A DNA stretch of 64,000 nt, taken from assembly GCF_044324785.1 (NCBI RefSeq), contig NZ_CP172127.1. One strand, 5' to 3'. Origin of the DNA: Escherichia coli (lineage in GTDB: Bacteria > Pseudomonadota > Gammaproteobacteria > Enterobacterales > Enterobacteriaceae). Positions 52,584-64,000 of this stretch are shown piece after piece (the first letter of the stretch is position 1; each line of letters begins with the position of its first letter). A program made the position numbers and the translations under genes. Under the pieces are notes generated by a model, which saw only the letters and a program-made list of their open reading frames with translations, did not search any database and was not told where the DNA came from.

Positions 52584-53462
52584 TTACTGACTCGCCGCAG
52601 CCAACTCTTCTTCTGACACCCCGGTAAAACGCATGATGTCCGCAAGAGGGACTCCGGATTCAAGCATTATTTTTGCTATATACAAGGCTTTGGATTGTTC
52701 CCCCTCTTGCCGCAATCTTTCCGCAATAGTCATTAAGCTCTCCTTGTGTTTCGGTGAATGTTCGGCAACGCCGTCGATAAAATCGTTAAAACGTACCGCA
52801 TCGCCGGTTTGCAAGATGTAATTAAACAGCCCTTTGATTTGTCTGTCATTAGCGTATCCACTACTTAATAAGCAGGCCATTTGCTCTACCAGCCCCATCA
52901 GATCGCGTTGACGGATATGTTTTTGAATTAACTCCAGCAGAGCCATACGTCGGTGCTGCATGATTTCATCATCAGGCATGACGGTGACATCAATCAGCGG
53001 AAATGCGGAGGCATAAAGCTGCCTTGCCAGTTTGGGATCGGCGAAACAATCCAGCCAACACAGAGAATAGGGATAGGGGCTTTCAATACCGTGGTAAAAC
53101 AACAATGGCACCACCATCGGCAACGTTTTGTATCCGGCATCCAGGTGATTTTGCATTGCGGCAATGGCGTAACGCATCATGCGAAATGCGATCAGTTTGT
53201 TTGAGGTGCTTTGATGTTCAATCAGACAATAGATGTATCCTGGTCCTTGTTCCGTTTTCACCGACCACAGCACGTCGGAATAGCTTTCACGCAGATCGTC
53301 ATCAATAAAGCTGCTCGACTCCAGCTTGAGGGTTTTCATATCACAGAGCGCGTGAATAGGTGCCGGTAAATGAAACGCAAGAAAATCGCGCGCCGTCTCC
53401 GGTTGGCGTAAAAAGAGTTTGAACAGCGCATCGTGTGGGGTGGAACTCTGCTTTTTGCTCAT
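52584..53462 (-). CDS. rpnA: Rpn-family recombination-promoting nuclease (transposase_31 / PD-(D/E)xK-like)
   Basis: 292 aa, known in K-12 as yhgA. Confidence 0.8.
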   Translation of the reverse strand: MSKKQSSTPHDALFKLFLRQPETARDFLAFHLPAPIHALCDMKTLKLESSSFIDDDLRESYSDVLWSVKTEQGPGYIYCLIEHQSTSNKLIAFRMMRYAIAAMQNHLDAGYKTLPMVVPLLFYHGIESPYPYSLCWLDCFADPKLARQLYASAFPLIDVTVMPDDEIMQHRRMALLELIQKHIRQRDLMGLVEQMACLLSSGYANDRQIKGLFNYILQTGDAVRFNDFIDGVAEHSPKHKESLMTIAERLRQEGEQSKALYIAKIMLESGVPLADIMRFTGVSEEELAAASQ

Positions 53463-53611
53463 GGCGTTCCTTCACCTGTTATTTGAATGCCGCGACTCTA
53501 CGCGCCACTCCACACCTGTGCATTAGCCAGTTTTCATCCCTGCGAGACGCTTTCAGAGGAACTTACGTCGCGCTGCAAGAATTGCATTTTTATGGAAAGC
53601 CGCACGCAAAA

Positions 53612-53640
53612 AAGCCCGGATGCAAACGCATACCGGGCTT
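53612..53640. terminator. hairpin terminator downstream of feoC
   Basis: aagcccggatgc ... gcataccgggctt flanked by A/T runs. Confidence 0.55.
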
Positions 53641-53664
53641 TTCAAAACAGGCGATGGAGTAAGG

Positions 53665-53901
53665 TTAACGCAGCGCCCACCACTCGCGCAGGCAGGCTTT
53701 GCCTTCCGGGCAGCTTTTACAACTGCCAGAGAGGCAGCCGTCAGGTTCTTCCTGAATCCGCACGGCTTTGCCCATGCTTTCCAGCTGTTGCAGCATGGCG
53801 TTAATCATTGGCTGCGGCGTATTCAATGCCTGGCTTATCTGGGCCGCTTCCATACGGCCCCGTAACGCCAGCAAATCACGTACCTGAATAAGTGAAGCCA
53901 T
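53665..53901 (-). CDS. feoC: ferrous iron transport protein FeoC
   Basis: 78 aa from [15 protein letters not shown], CxxGxC cluster; start shares 1 nt with feoB stop. Confidence 0.88.
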   Translation of the reverse strand: MASLIQVRDLLALRGRMEAAQISQALNTPQPMINAMLQQLESMGKAVRIQEEPDGCLSGSCKSCPEGKACLREWWALR

Positions 53902-56222
53902 TAATGGCAATCACCGGTGGTGCTGGCTGCGCAGCAACTGCTTACCGATTTGCGCGTTGCCAGCAGTTCGATATTCACCCGGCTACGCGCGCGGCGCAGC
54001 AGACCGATAACCACGATGTTAAACAGGATAACCGCCAGAATGCACACCAGGCTGTAAGTTGGATGCTGGCTGTAGCTGGCGACTTGATAGAACAATGTTG
54101 CCAGCGAGTAAGCGATATTCAGCCCCCACAAGATGGAGAAGCCCATCCAGCCACGGCTTGATTCACGGGCGATAGCACCCATCACCGAGATGCACGGTAC
54201 GTACAGCAGGACGAAAATCAGGTAGCTGTATGCGGCAGCTGCGCTACCGAATTTCTGATCCATCACACCCATCGCCCCGGTACCCATTTCGCCGTCGCCT
54301 TTGCTCGCTTCAATCGGGTTCATCAGTACGCTAAGGCTGAAGGTGTCTTTCAGGCTCTGCCAGGTTTCATCTACCGCACTGAACAGCTCTTCACCGAGGT
54401 TAAATTCCGCCGGATTGAACTCTTCGTCCTGAATATTTTCTGCGGTGTAGAGGGTGTTGAGCGTACCCACCACCACTTCTTTCGCCATTGCGCCTGTAAA
54501 CAGACCAACCGTTGCCTGCCAGTTATCTTCATGCACGCCAATCGGCTTGAAGACTGGGGTGATCACCCGGCTGACGGAAGCCAGCGCCGAGTCGTTGATG
54601 TTATCGACGATTTTCCCGCTCAGAGAGAAGCTGTTGAAAGCACTCAGGAAAATGCTGACGATGATAATCACTTTACCAGCACGCAGAACGAAGCCTTTCA
54701 GACGCTGCCAGGTCTGGATAATCAGGCTTTTAACGTGTGGTACATGGTAGACCGGCAGCTCCATGACAAACGGCGTCGCTTCACCGCGCATGATGGTGTA
54801 CTTGAGCATCAGGCCAGTCAGCACCGCCATCACAATACCGAGCAGATACAGCGAGAAGACCGCCAGCGCTCCGTTCTGCCCGAAGAAAGCAGCCGCAAAT
54901 ACTGCGAAGATAGCCAGACGCGCGCCGCAGGACATAAACGGTGCCATCATGATGGTCATCAGACGTTCACGCGGTGCATCAAGCGTACGTGCGCCCATTA
55001 CCGACGGTACGTTACAACCGAAACCAACGATCAGCGGTACAAAGGATTTCCCCGGCAAGCCCAGCGCCTGCATCAGACGGTCCATCACAAACGCCGCACG
55101 CGCCATATATCCGGAGTCCTCAAGGAAGGAGAGGAACAGGTACATCATGCCGATCTGCGGCACCAGTGGCAGCACGGTGTTAATACCGCCGCCCAGGCCC
55201 TGGGCGAGGAAGATAGTCAGCCAGTCCGGGAAGTGGAGCGTGTAGCCAATCCACTGAATACCATGCACAAATAGCGCCACGGAGCCGACGTCAAACAGCG
55301 GCTGTAACGCCCCGCCGATGTTGATAGCCAGCAGGAACATCAGGTACATCACAAAGAGGAAAATCGGCAGACCGAGGAAACGGTTGAGCACGATTTTATC
55401 TACCGCAGTGGTGAAACGGCTGGGTTCTGCCGTCAGGGTGTTGCTTACCACATCACAGATGGCAGCAATGCACTGGTAACGCGCATCGGCAATGTGCAGC
55501 GCCGGATCGTCCATCTCATTACGCAGACGGGCGAGGGCGGCATCAAGATGCTGCGACGCTTCACCGGCGTAGGCGCGGCTGTAGATATCTCCTTCCAGCA
55601 TTTGCAAGCCCAGCCAGCGACGTTGTTTCAGCGGGATGTCGGAAGGCATCACTTTTGCCAGTGAATCTGCTTCGTTGAGTAGCGGCTGTGCGTAATGCAC
55701 CAGTTCCACATTCTCGTTAGCTTTATAGCGATCAATCGCCAGCTTGAGCGCTTCAATACCGCGACCACGGGTTGAAACCAGCGGGATCACCGGGCAGCCA
55801 AGACGCGCCGACAGAGCATCAATTTCAATACGAATATTTTGCTTCTCGGCAATGTCGAGCATGTTCAGTGCCACGATGCAGGGAATGCCGAGTTCCAGCA
55901 GTTGTAGCGTCAGGTACAGGTTACGCTCAAGGTTAGACGCATCCACCACGTTAATCAGCAGGTCGGCGTCGCCACTCAAAATGTAGTGACAGGCGATTTG
56001 CTCATCGAGCGAGGTCTGCGATGAGATGGTGGTCAGAGAGTAGGTGCCGGGCAGGTCCACCAGCGTGACCTGATGATCGGTGGTGGAGAATTGCCCTTCT
56101 TTACGTTCGACGGTAACGCCAGCCCAGTTACCTACTCGCTGACGTGCGCCAGTGAGCTGGTTAAATAAGGTTGTCTTGCCAGAATTTGGATTACCAATTA
56201 AGCCAATGGTTAATTTTTTCAT
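53901..56222 (-). CDS. feoB: ferrous iron transporter FeoB (GTPase-permease)
   Basis: 773 aa from [21 protein letters not shown]. Confidence 0.93.
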   Translation of the reverse strand: MKKLTIGLIGNPNSGKTTLFNQLTGARQRVGNWAGVTVERKEGQFSTTDHQVTLVDLPGTYSLTTISSQTSLDEQIACHYILSGDADLLINVVDASNLERNLYLTLQLLELGIPCIVALNMLDIAEKQNIRIEIDALSARLGCPVIPLVSTRGRGIEALKLAIDRYKANENVELVHYAQPLLNEADSLAKVMPSDIPLKQRRWLGLQMLEGDIYSRAYAGEASQHLDAALARLRNEMDDPALHIADARYQCIAAICDVVSNTLTAEPSRFTTAVDKIVLNRFLGLPIFLFVMYLMFLLAINIGGALQPLFDVGSVALFVHGIQWIGYTLHFPDWLTIFLAQGLGGGINTVLPLVPQIGMMYLFLSFLEDSGYMARAAFVMDRLMQALGLPGKSFVPLIVGFGCNVPSVMGARTLDAPRERLMTIMMAPFMSCGARLAIFAVFAAAFFGQNGALAVFSLYLLGIVMAVLTGLMLKYTIMRGEATPFVMELPVYHVPHVKSLIIQTWQRLKGFVLRAGKVIIIVSIFLSAFNSFSLSGKIVDNINDSALASVSRVITPVFKPIGVHEDNWQATVGLFTGAMAKEVVVGTLNTLYTAENIQDEEFNPAEFNLGEELFSAVDETWQSLKDTFSLSVLMNPIEASKGDGEMGTGAMGVMDQKFGSAAAAYSYLIFVLLYVPCISVMGAIARESSRGWMGFSILWGLNIAYSLATLFYQVASYSQHPTYSLVCILAVILFNIVVIGLLRRARSRVNIELLATRKSVSSCCAASTTGDCH

Positions 56223-56238
56223 TGTTGTTATCACCGTA

Positions 56239-56466
56239 TTAACAGGAAACCGCTTCCACTTCTAATAAGGCCAGATCTTTTTTGCGTAATACCAGGCTCA
56301 CACGACGGGTTTCGATATGAATGGGGTCGCCGAGTGGAGCGACGCGCACCACATTAAAAGAGGAGCCAGGTAACATGCCAAGAGAAAGCAGTTTTTGGCG
56401 ATATGCCGGGCTGATTTCACGGGAAAAGCCAGTGATTTTCCACGCAGTATCTGGAGTGTATTGCAT
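56239..56466 (-). CDS. feoA: ferrous iron transport protein FeoA
   Basis: 75 aa SH3-like. Confidence 0.9.
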   Translation of the reverse strand: MQYTPDTAWKITGFSREISPAYRQKLLSLGMLPGSSFNVVRVAPLGDPIHIETRRVSLVLRKKDLALLEVEAVSC

Positions 56467-56576
56467 AGGTGCCTACTTGTTTCTCATTAACTGGATAACT
56501 ACCTCATGGGGCGTTTGACAGCGACATGAGACCAGATGATTTGCCAACGAAGGAGAGATTAAATAATCAACAACAC

Positions 56577-56602
56577 AATGATAATGAGAATGGTTTCTAT
56601 CA
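56577..56602. promoter_or_regulatory. putative Fur box in feoABC promoter
   Basis: caatgataatgagaatggtttctatc. Confidence 0.5.
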
Positions 56603-56655
56603 GCAATACTTAAAATGTGTGCGAATGTTGGTTTGAATAATAATCTGACTCAATG

Positions 56656-56669
56656 TTGATGTGGCTCAA
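56656..56669. promoter_or_regulatory. putative FNR site in feoABC promoter
   Basis: TTGATgtggCTCAA vs TTGAT-N4-ATCAA. Confidence 0.4.
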
Positions 56670-56802
56670 GGTTATATCGCAGCGAAAATATAATTCGAAT
56701 AGCGAATTACCAGGACTGGTTAATGTTTAATTAAAGTTTCAGTTGTTAATGAAGTGATAAATATTAACGGGATATATTGTGAGTTTGGTTGTGGAATAAA
56801 AA

Positions 56803-56822
56803 GGCCGGAGATATTCTCCGGC
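56803..56822. terminator. hairpin terminator downstream of tex
   Basis: gccggaga-ta-ttctccggc with T-run on minus strand. Confidence 0.55.
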
Positions 56823-56839
56823 ACTTTTATGTCAGGCAA

Positions 56840-56885
56840 GGCGTTCGTTGCCAGATGCGGCGTGAACGCCTTATCGCGCAGGTTT
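56840..56885. repeat. REP element
   Basis: tgccagatgcggcgtgaacgccttatcgcgcagg. Confidence 0.65.
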
Positions 56886-56903
56886 AGGGGCCAGTCCGGG
56901 CGT

Positions 56904-59225
56904 TTAACGTTTTTTGCCCATTGCTGCCGCCAACGCATCCATCATCGCGCTGTTACCGGCAGGCTGCGCTTCACGCCCACGCGGTTTGGCTGCCGGGCGG
57001 TTGTTTTGCGGGCGTTCATTACCGCCGCCGCGACGGGCGTTGGTTTCGCCAGGCTGCTCGTCCAGACGCATAGTCAGGGCGATACGTTTACGCTGAAGAT
57101 CGACTTCGAGCACTTTCACCTTCACAATGTCGCCCGCTTTCACCACGGTATGCGGATCTTCCACAAACTTGTTCGACAATGAAGAGATGTGAACCAGGCC
57201 GTCCTGATGCACGCCAATATCGACAAACGCGCCAAAGTTGGTGACGTTGGTCACCGCACCTTCGAGGATCATACCCGGTTGCAGGTCGTTCATTGTCTCG
57301 ACGCCATCGGCAAACTGAGCGGTTTTAAATTCCGGACGCGGATCGCGACCCGGTTTTTCCAGCTCTTTGATGATGTCAGTTACCGTCGGTACACCGAATT
57401 TTTCATCAGTAAAGTCAGACGCTTTCAGGTTACGCAGCTCGCTGCTGTTACCCATCAGATCTTTCAGTGCCTGCTGTGTTGCTGCCAGAATGCGTTCCAC
57501 CACCGGATAGGCTTCCGGGTGAACGGTAGAGGCGTCCAGCGGGTTATCACCGTGGTTAATGCGCAGGAAGCCCGCGCACTGCTCGAAGGCTTTCGGCCCC
57601 AGACGGCTCACTTTTAACAGTTGCTGACGGTTCTGGAACTGACCGTTCTCATCGCGCCAGGCCACGATGTTTTGCGCCATCATGCGCGTCAGGCCCGCCA
57701 CGCGGGTTAACAGCGGAACAGAAGCGGTGTTGAGATCAACACCGACGGCGTTTACGCAGTCTTCTACTACTGCGTCCAGTTTGCGGGCCAGTTGCGTCTG
57801 GCTGACGTCATGCTGATACTGACCTACGCCGATAGATTTCGGATCGATTTTCACCAGCTCCGCCAGCGGATCCTGCAAACGGCGGGCGATAGACACCGCG
57901 CCACGCAGCGAAACGTCGAGATCCGGGAACTCCTGCGCTGCCAGCTCGGAAGCCGAGTAAACCGACGCGCCAGCTTCACTGACGATCACTTTCTGCGCGG
58001 TCACTTTCGGGAACTGCTTCTGCACGTCGAGATAGAAACGCTCAGTTTCGCGGGAAGCTGTACCGTTGCCGATCGCCACCAGTTCAACGTTATGCTTTTC
58101 ACACAGGGCAGCAACGGTCATCGCTGCTTTTGCGGCTTGTCCGGTGTGCGGGTAAATGGTATCGGTCGCCACCAGTTTGCCAGTTGCATCGACCACCGCT
58201 ACTTTTACCCCGGTACGCAGACCCGGATCGAGGCCCATCGTTGCACGCAGTCCGGCTGGGGCCGCCATCAGCAGATCGTGCAGGTTACGGGCAAAGACGT
58301 TGATTGCTTCATCTTCCGCGCGTTCGCGCACGGTGCCCATCAGTTCGGTTTCCAGATGCATCAGCACCTTGATGCGCCACGTCCAGCTCACCACGCCTTT
58401 GCGCCAGCTATCCGCCGGGGCATTGTTCAGGCGCAGGCCGAGATGATCCATAATGATTTGCTCGCAATAGCTCTCTTTTGGCGGCTCATCGAACTGCGGA
58501 TCGGCATTCAGCGAAAGCTGAAGTACGCCTTCGTTACGACCACGGAACATCGCCAGCGCGCGGTGAGAAGGCACCGTTGACAGCGGTTCGTGATGATCGA
58601 AATAGTCGCGGAATTTCGCCCCTTCCTCTTCTTTACCACTCACCACCGTAGAAACTAAATGCGCGTTCTTCCACAGATAATCACGTACTTTTGCCAGCAG
58701 CGCGGCATCTTCGGCAAACCGTTCCATCAGGATATAGCGCGCGCCGTCCAGCGCGGCTTTGGTATCTGCCACGCCTTTATCGGCATCAATATATTGTGCA
58801 GCGGCGACTTCTGGCGTGTGTGACGGATCGCTCCACAGCAGGTCAGCCAACGGCTCAAGCCCTGCTTCAATGGCGATTTGCCCGCGGGTGCGGCGTTTAG
58901 GTTTGTAGGGCAGGTAGAGGTCTTCGAGTTCGGTTTTGCTTAGTGTGGCGTTGATGGCATTCGCCAGCTCGTCAGTGAGTTTGCCTTGCTCGGAAATGGA
59001 CTTGAGGATCGCCTGACGTCTCTCTTCCAGCTCGCGCAGATAGCTCAGACGCGTTTCCAGATTACGCAGCTGCGTGTCATCCAGACCGCCGGTGATTTCC
59101 TTACGATAACGTGCGATAAACGGCACGGTATTCCCTTCGTCAAGCAGGCGAACGGCAGCGTCAACCTGTTCCGGGCGCGCCTGAATTTCACCCGCAATAA
59201 TGCGGCAGAACGAATCATTCATCAT
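56904..59225 (-). CDS. tex: transcription accessory protein Tex (S1 domain)
   Basis: 773 aa, YqgF/HhH/S1 architecture; known as yhgF in K-12. Confidence 0.9.
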   Translation of the reverse strand: MMNDSFCRIIAGEIQARPEQVDAAVRLLDEGNTVPFIARYRKEITGGLDDTQLRNLETRLSYLRELEERRQAILKSISEQGKLTDELANAINATLSKTELEDLYLPYKPKRRTRGQIAIEAGLEPLADLLWSDPSHTPEVAAAQYIDADKGVADTKAALDGARYILMERFAEDAALLAKVRDYLWKNAHLVSTVVSGKEEEGAKFRDYFDHHEPLSTVPSHRALAMFRGRNEGVLQLSLNADPQFDEPPKESYCEQIIMDHLGLRLNNAPADSWRKGVVSWTWRIKVLMHLETELMGTVRERAEDEAINVFARNLHDLLMAAPAGLRATMGLDPGLRTGVKVAVVDATGKLVATDTIYPHTGQAAKAAMTVAALCEKHNVELVAIGNGTASRETERFYLDVQKQFPKVTAQKVIVSEAGASVYSASELAAQEFPDLDVSLRGAVSIARRLQDPLAELVKIDPKSIGVGQYQHDVSQTQLARKLDAVVEDCVNAVGVDLNTASVPLLTRVAGLTRMMAQNIVAWRDENGQFQNRQQLLKVSRLGPKAFEQCAGFLRINHGDNPLDASTVHPEAYPVVERILAATQQALKDLMGNSSELRNLKASDFTDEKFGVPTVTDIIKELEKPGRDPRPEFKTAQFADGVETMNDLQPGMILEGAVTNVTNFGAFVDIGVHQDGLVHISSLSNKFVEDPHTVVKAGDIVKVKVLEVDLQRKRIALTMRLDEQPGETNARRGGGNERPQNNRPAAKPRGREAQPAGNSAMMDALAAAMGKKR

Positions 59226-59321
59226 GGTTTGAGTTCATCTTTTCGGATCAAAAATCAGGGGATAGTTATACGGACTGGCTGGCAAAAATGCCAGCCATCG
59301 GCAGGAGGTTAAGACTCTTCC

Positions 59322-59798
59322 TTACGGTTTCACGTACTCGATAGCATTAACATACCAGCTCGCTTCCCCGGCAGGGGTATTGACCACCGCCAAATCGCCC
59401 ACCTCTTTTTTCAGCAATGCGCGAGCCATCGGGGAATCGATAGAGATGTAATCTTTACGGCCAAAAATTTCATCGTAGCCGACAATACGGAAACGGTGAG
59501 TCACGCCATCGTCGTTTTCAATCTCCACCCACGCGCCAAAAAAGACTTTGCCTTCCTGCTGCGGGGAGTAATCGACGATTTTGAGATTTTCCATGCATTT
59601 AGTGAGATAGCGCACGCGACGGTCGATTTCACGCAGGCGCTTTTTATTATACTGATAGTCAGCATTTTCGCTGCGGTCGCCCAGACTTGCGGCCCAGGTC
59701 ACCTTTTTTGTGACCTCCGGGCGTTCTTCACGCCAGAGATAATTTAGCTCTTGTTTGAGTTTTTCATACCCTTCCCGGGTAACCAGGGGCGTTTTCAT
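59322..59798 (-). CDS. greB: transcript cleavage factor GreB
   Basis: 158 aa from MKTPLVTREGYEKLKQEL. Confidence 0.92.
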   Translation of the reverse strand: MKTPLVTREGYEKLKQELNYLWREERPEVTKKVTWAASLGDRSENADYQYNKKRLREIDRRVRYLTKCMENLKIVDYSPQQEGKVFFGAWVEIENDDGVTHRFRIVGYDEIFGRKDYISIDSPMARALLKKEVGDLAVVNTPAGEASWYVNAIEYVKP

Positions 59799-60025
59799 CT
59801 CGTTGATTCCCTTTGTCTGTTTGATAATGCGCACATTGGGTATAACGTGATCATATCAACAGAATCAATAATGTTTCGCCGAATAAATTGTATACTTAAG
59901 CTGCTGTTTAATATGCTTTGTAACAATTTAGGCTGAAATTCATACCAGATTTAGCTGGTGACGAACGTGAGCTTTTTTAAGAATACACGCTTACAAATTG
60001 TTGCGAACCTTTGGGAGTACAAACA

Positions 60026-62094
<2,069 letters not shown>

Positions 62095-62097
62095 ATA

Positions 62098-62127
62098 AAA
62101 CGGGAGGCGAAGGTGCCTCCCGTTTTA
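62098..62127. terminator. bidirectional terminator after envZ, overlapping antitoxin stop
   Basis: cgggaggc-gaaggt-gcctcccg followed by tttt. Confidence 0.7.
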
Positions 62128-62421
62128 GATTGTTTTCAATTGATTGATAATGAAAGGATTCGCTTGCAAAAGCAGGAGCAATTTTCGGGGTGCTCCGGTA
62201 GGTTGACGGCGTTTGGTTTCCCAGCTTTTGACCAGGTCATAACTTACCCCTACGGCGACAGCAAAATCTTGCTGACGTAAACCCGTTGCTTCACGGATCG
62301 CTTTTACATCGATCTCGCTATAAGTATGGACGTGCTCTGGTTCAGGCGTTTCTTCACCCTTTTCGATGCGTACCATTTCTTCTGCGCTGGCAAGAAGATC
62401 AGCAAATAATTCGTCTTTCAT
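62125..62421 (-). CDS. HTH (XRE-type) antitoxin, HigA-like
   Basis: 98 aa, helix-turn-helix LRQQDFAVAVGVSYDLVKSWE, downstream of toxin. Confidence 0.7.
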   Translation of the reverse strand: MKDELFADLLASAEEMVRIEKGEETPEPEHVHTYSEIDVKAIREATGLRQQDFAVAVGVSYDLVKSWETKRRQPTGAPRKLLLLLQANPFIINQLKTI

Positions 62422-62479
62422 CTGTTTTCAATGCCTCCGTTGGCATTTCGGCCATGGTGGAATTTGTGGAGCTTCAACA

Positions 62480-62797
62480 TTAAAGCAGCTTCTCGGACAA
62501 TAGTTTCAATGCCTTTCTTTGTTCTTCTGTTAAATCATCCTGTTCATTTTTAGGATAAATCAACGCCAGATAAATTCGGCCATTGCGTGTTACGTTGTAA
62601 TAAATTATCCGAATGCCACCCCGTTTCCCCATTCCAGAACGGTTCCAGCGAATTTTTCTAAAACTGCCTGTGCCTGCGATAATGTCACCGGCAGTGGGAT
62701 CTTGAATGAGTAGTTCCTGAAAAGCCCGGAACTCATCATCAGGTAACAATAACTGGCGGCGTTTGCTAAATCCTTGTAGTTCAATAAACGTGAACAT
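62480..62797 (-). CDS. RelE/ParE-superfamily toxin, HigB-like
   Basis: 105 aa basic protein ...GIRIIYYNVTRNGRIYLALIYPKNEQ; toxin-first arrangement. Confidence 0.65.
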   Translation of the reverse strand: MFTFIELQGFSKRRQLLLPDDEFRAFQELLIQDPTAGDIIAGTGSFRKIRWNRSGMGKRGGIRIIYYNVTRNGRIYLALIYPKNEQDDLTEEQRKALKLLSEKLL

Positions 62798-62829
62798 AAT
62801 GCATCCTGCGGTCTATTGATAATTATAAG

Positions 62830-62842
62830 TGTACCGTGTACA
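62830..62842. promoter_or_regulatory. inverted repeat TGTAC-N3-GTACA in TA promoter (candidate autoregulatory operator)
   Basis: read directly, 33-45 bp upstream of toxin start. Confidence 0.4.
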
Positions 62843-62863
62843 TATTGGTAGCTAATTAGATAT

Positions 62864-62894
62864 AAAAAAACCCCTTATCCGTTTGGATAAGGGG
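62864..62894 (-). terminator. pckA rho-independent terminator
   Basis: ccccttatcc-gttt-ggataagggg with 7-T run on minus strand. Confidence 0.75.
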
Positions 62895-62913
62895 GCAATG
62901 AGATTTCAGCTGA

Positions 62914-64000
62914 TTACAGCTTCGGACCAGCCGCTACCAGCGCGGCACCCGCTGGGGTGTCGGTGTATTTATCGAAGTTGTCGATAAACAGTTTTGCCAG
63001 CGTTTCAGCTTTTTCCTGCCACTGTTCCGGAGAAGCGTAGGTGTTACGCGGATCGAGGATCCTGGTGTCTACGCCCGGCAGTTCGGTTGGGATCGCCAGG
63101 TTAAACATCGGCAGAGTGAAGGTTTCTGCGTTATCCAGCGAACCGTTGAGGATGGCGTCGATAATGGCGCGGGTATCTTTAATGGAGATACGTTTGCCAG
63201 TGCCGTTCCAGCCGGTGTTAACCAGATACGCCTGCGCGCCTGCCGCCTGCATACGTTTCACCAGCACTTCTGCGTACTGCGTCGGGTGCAGCGACAGGAA
63301 TGCCGCGCCGAAGCAGGCGGAGAAGGTTGGCGTCGGTTCGGTGATGCCGCGCTCTGTACCAGCCAGTTTGGCGGTGAAGCCAGAGAGGAAGTGGTACTGG
63401 GTTTGATCGGCAGTCAGACGAGAAACCGGCGGCAGCACACCAAAGGCGTCTGCGGTCAGGAAGATAACTTTAGTTGCGTGGCCCGCTTTGGAAACCGGCT
63501 TAACAATGTTATCGATGTGATAGATCGGATAAGAAACGCGGGTGTTCTCGGTTTTTGAACCATCATCAAAGTCGATAGTGCCATCTTCACGCACGGTGAC
63601 GTTTTCCAGCAGCGCATCGCGACGGATAGCGTTGTAGATTTCAGGTTCCGCTTCTTTCGACAGCTTGATAGTTTTTGCGTAGCAGCCGCCTTCGAAGTTA
63701 AACACGCCGTCATCGTCCCAGCCGTGCTCGTCATCGCCAATCAGGCGACGTTTCGGGTCGGTGGAAAGGGTGGTTTTACCGGTGCCGGAAAGGCCGAAGA
63801 ACACCGCAACATCGCCTTTCTCACCAACGTTGGCGGAGCAGTGCATAGAAGCGATACCTTTCAGCGGCAGCAGGTAGTTCATCATTGAGAACATCCCTTT
63901 CTTCATTTCGCCGCCGTACCAGGTGCCGCCAATCAGCTGCATGCGCTCGGTCAGGTTAAACGCCACGAAGTTTTCGGAATTCAGACCCTGTTCTTTCCAC
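62914..64000 (-). CDS. pckA: phosphoenolpyruvate carboxykinase (ATP), 3' part (5' end beyond window)
   Basis: C-terminal region with [10 protein letters not shown]-loop; ORF runs to window edge. Confidence 0.92.
   Translation of the reverse strand, partial: WKEQGLNSENFVAFNLTERMQLIGGTWYGGEMKKGMFSMMNYLLPLKGIASMHCSANVGEKGDVAVFFGLSGTGKTTLSTDPKRRLIGDDEHGWDDDGVFNFEGGCYAKTIKLSKEAEPEIYNAIRRDALLENVTVREDGTIDFDDGSKTENTRVSYPIYHIDNIVKPVSKAGHATKVIFLTADAFGVLPPVSRLTADQTQYHFLSGFTAKLAGTERGITEPTPTFSACFGAAFLSLHPTQYAEVLVKRMQAAGAQAYLVNTGWNGTGKRISIKDTRAIIDAILNGSLDNAETFTLPMFNLAIPTELPGVDTRILDPRNTYASPEQWQEKAETLAKLFIDNFDKYTDTPAGAALVAAGPKL

Noticed and set aside
54531-55274. 247-aa plus-strand ORF antisense to feoB (and similar 57792-58580 antisense to tex, 49320-49961 antisense to gntT, 61246-61896 antisense to envZ, 39176-40297 antisense to rtcB/rtcA)
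   Set aside because: All lie wholly inside strongly supported conserved genes on the opposite strand; compositionally Arg/His-rich as expected for antisense frames.
59226-59321. Hairpin ctggctggcaaaaatgccagcc between tex and greB as a terminator
   Set aside because: Stem is present but lacks a convincing U-run on the greB strand; left unannotated.

Overview
This window reads as a contiguous stretch of Escherichia coli chromosome (the ugp-ggt-gnt-asd-glg-glp-rtc-mal-feo-ompR/envZ-pckA neighbourhood), in reverse orientation to the usual K-12 numbering. All gene identities come from reading the translated ORFs and recognising well-known proteins from memory; no database search was run. The conserved backbone is densely packed and intact: ugpB(3' end)-ugpAECQ, yhhA, ggt, yrhB, yhhY, ryhB sRNA, yhhX, yhhW, gntRKU, yhgN, asd, glgBXCAP, glpD, glpEGR, rtcR, rtcBA, malT, malPQ, gntT, nfuA, gntX, bioH, yhgA(rpnA), feoCBA, tex(yhgF), greB, ompR-envZ and pckA(3' part). 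Four loci stand out as strain-variable insertions relative to what I recall of K-12. (1) The most interesting is a translationally coupled two-gene cassette between the convergent gntU and yhgN terminators (15140-18438): a RecQ-family helicase fused to a C-terminal ComF-like phosphoribosyltransferase domain, followed by a full-length DprA-like protein. It resembles a 'DprA-PRTase' anti-phage pairing I recall being reported, but with an added helicase fusion, and it duplicates in accessory form the core comF(gntX)/dprA competence pair. (2) An AT-rich island carries the orphan Hcp-HNH effector yhhZ and an intact downstream candidate immunity gene, with no IS1. (3) A three-gene island lies between glgP and glpD: a membrane-anchored PstS-like binding protein plus two unknown proteins. 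(4) A toxin-first HigB/HigA-like toxin-antitoxin pair sits between envZ and pckA. I found no rRNA, tRNA, CRISPR array, integrase or IS element. Intergenic spaces carry REP-type repeats, hairpin terminators, and recognisable operators (Fur box at ryhB, GntR and GlpR operators, sigma-54 promoter of rtcBA).
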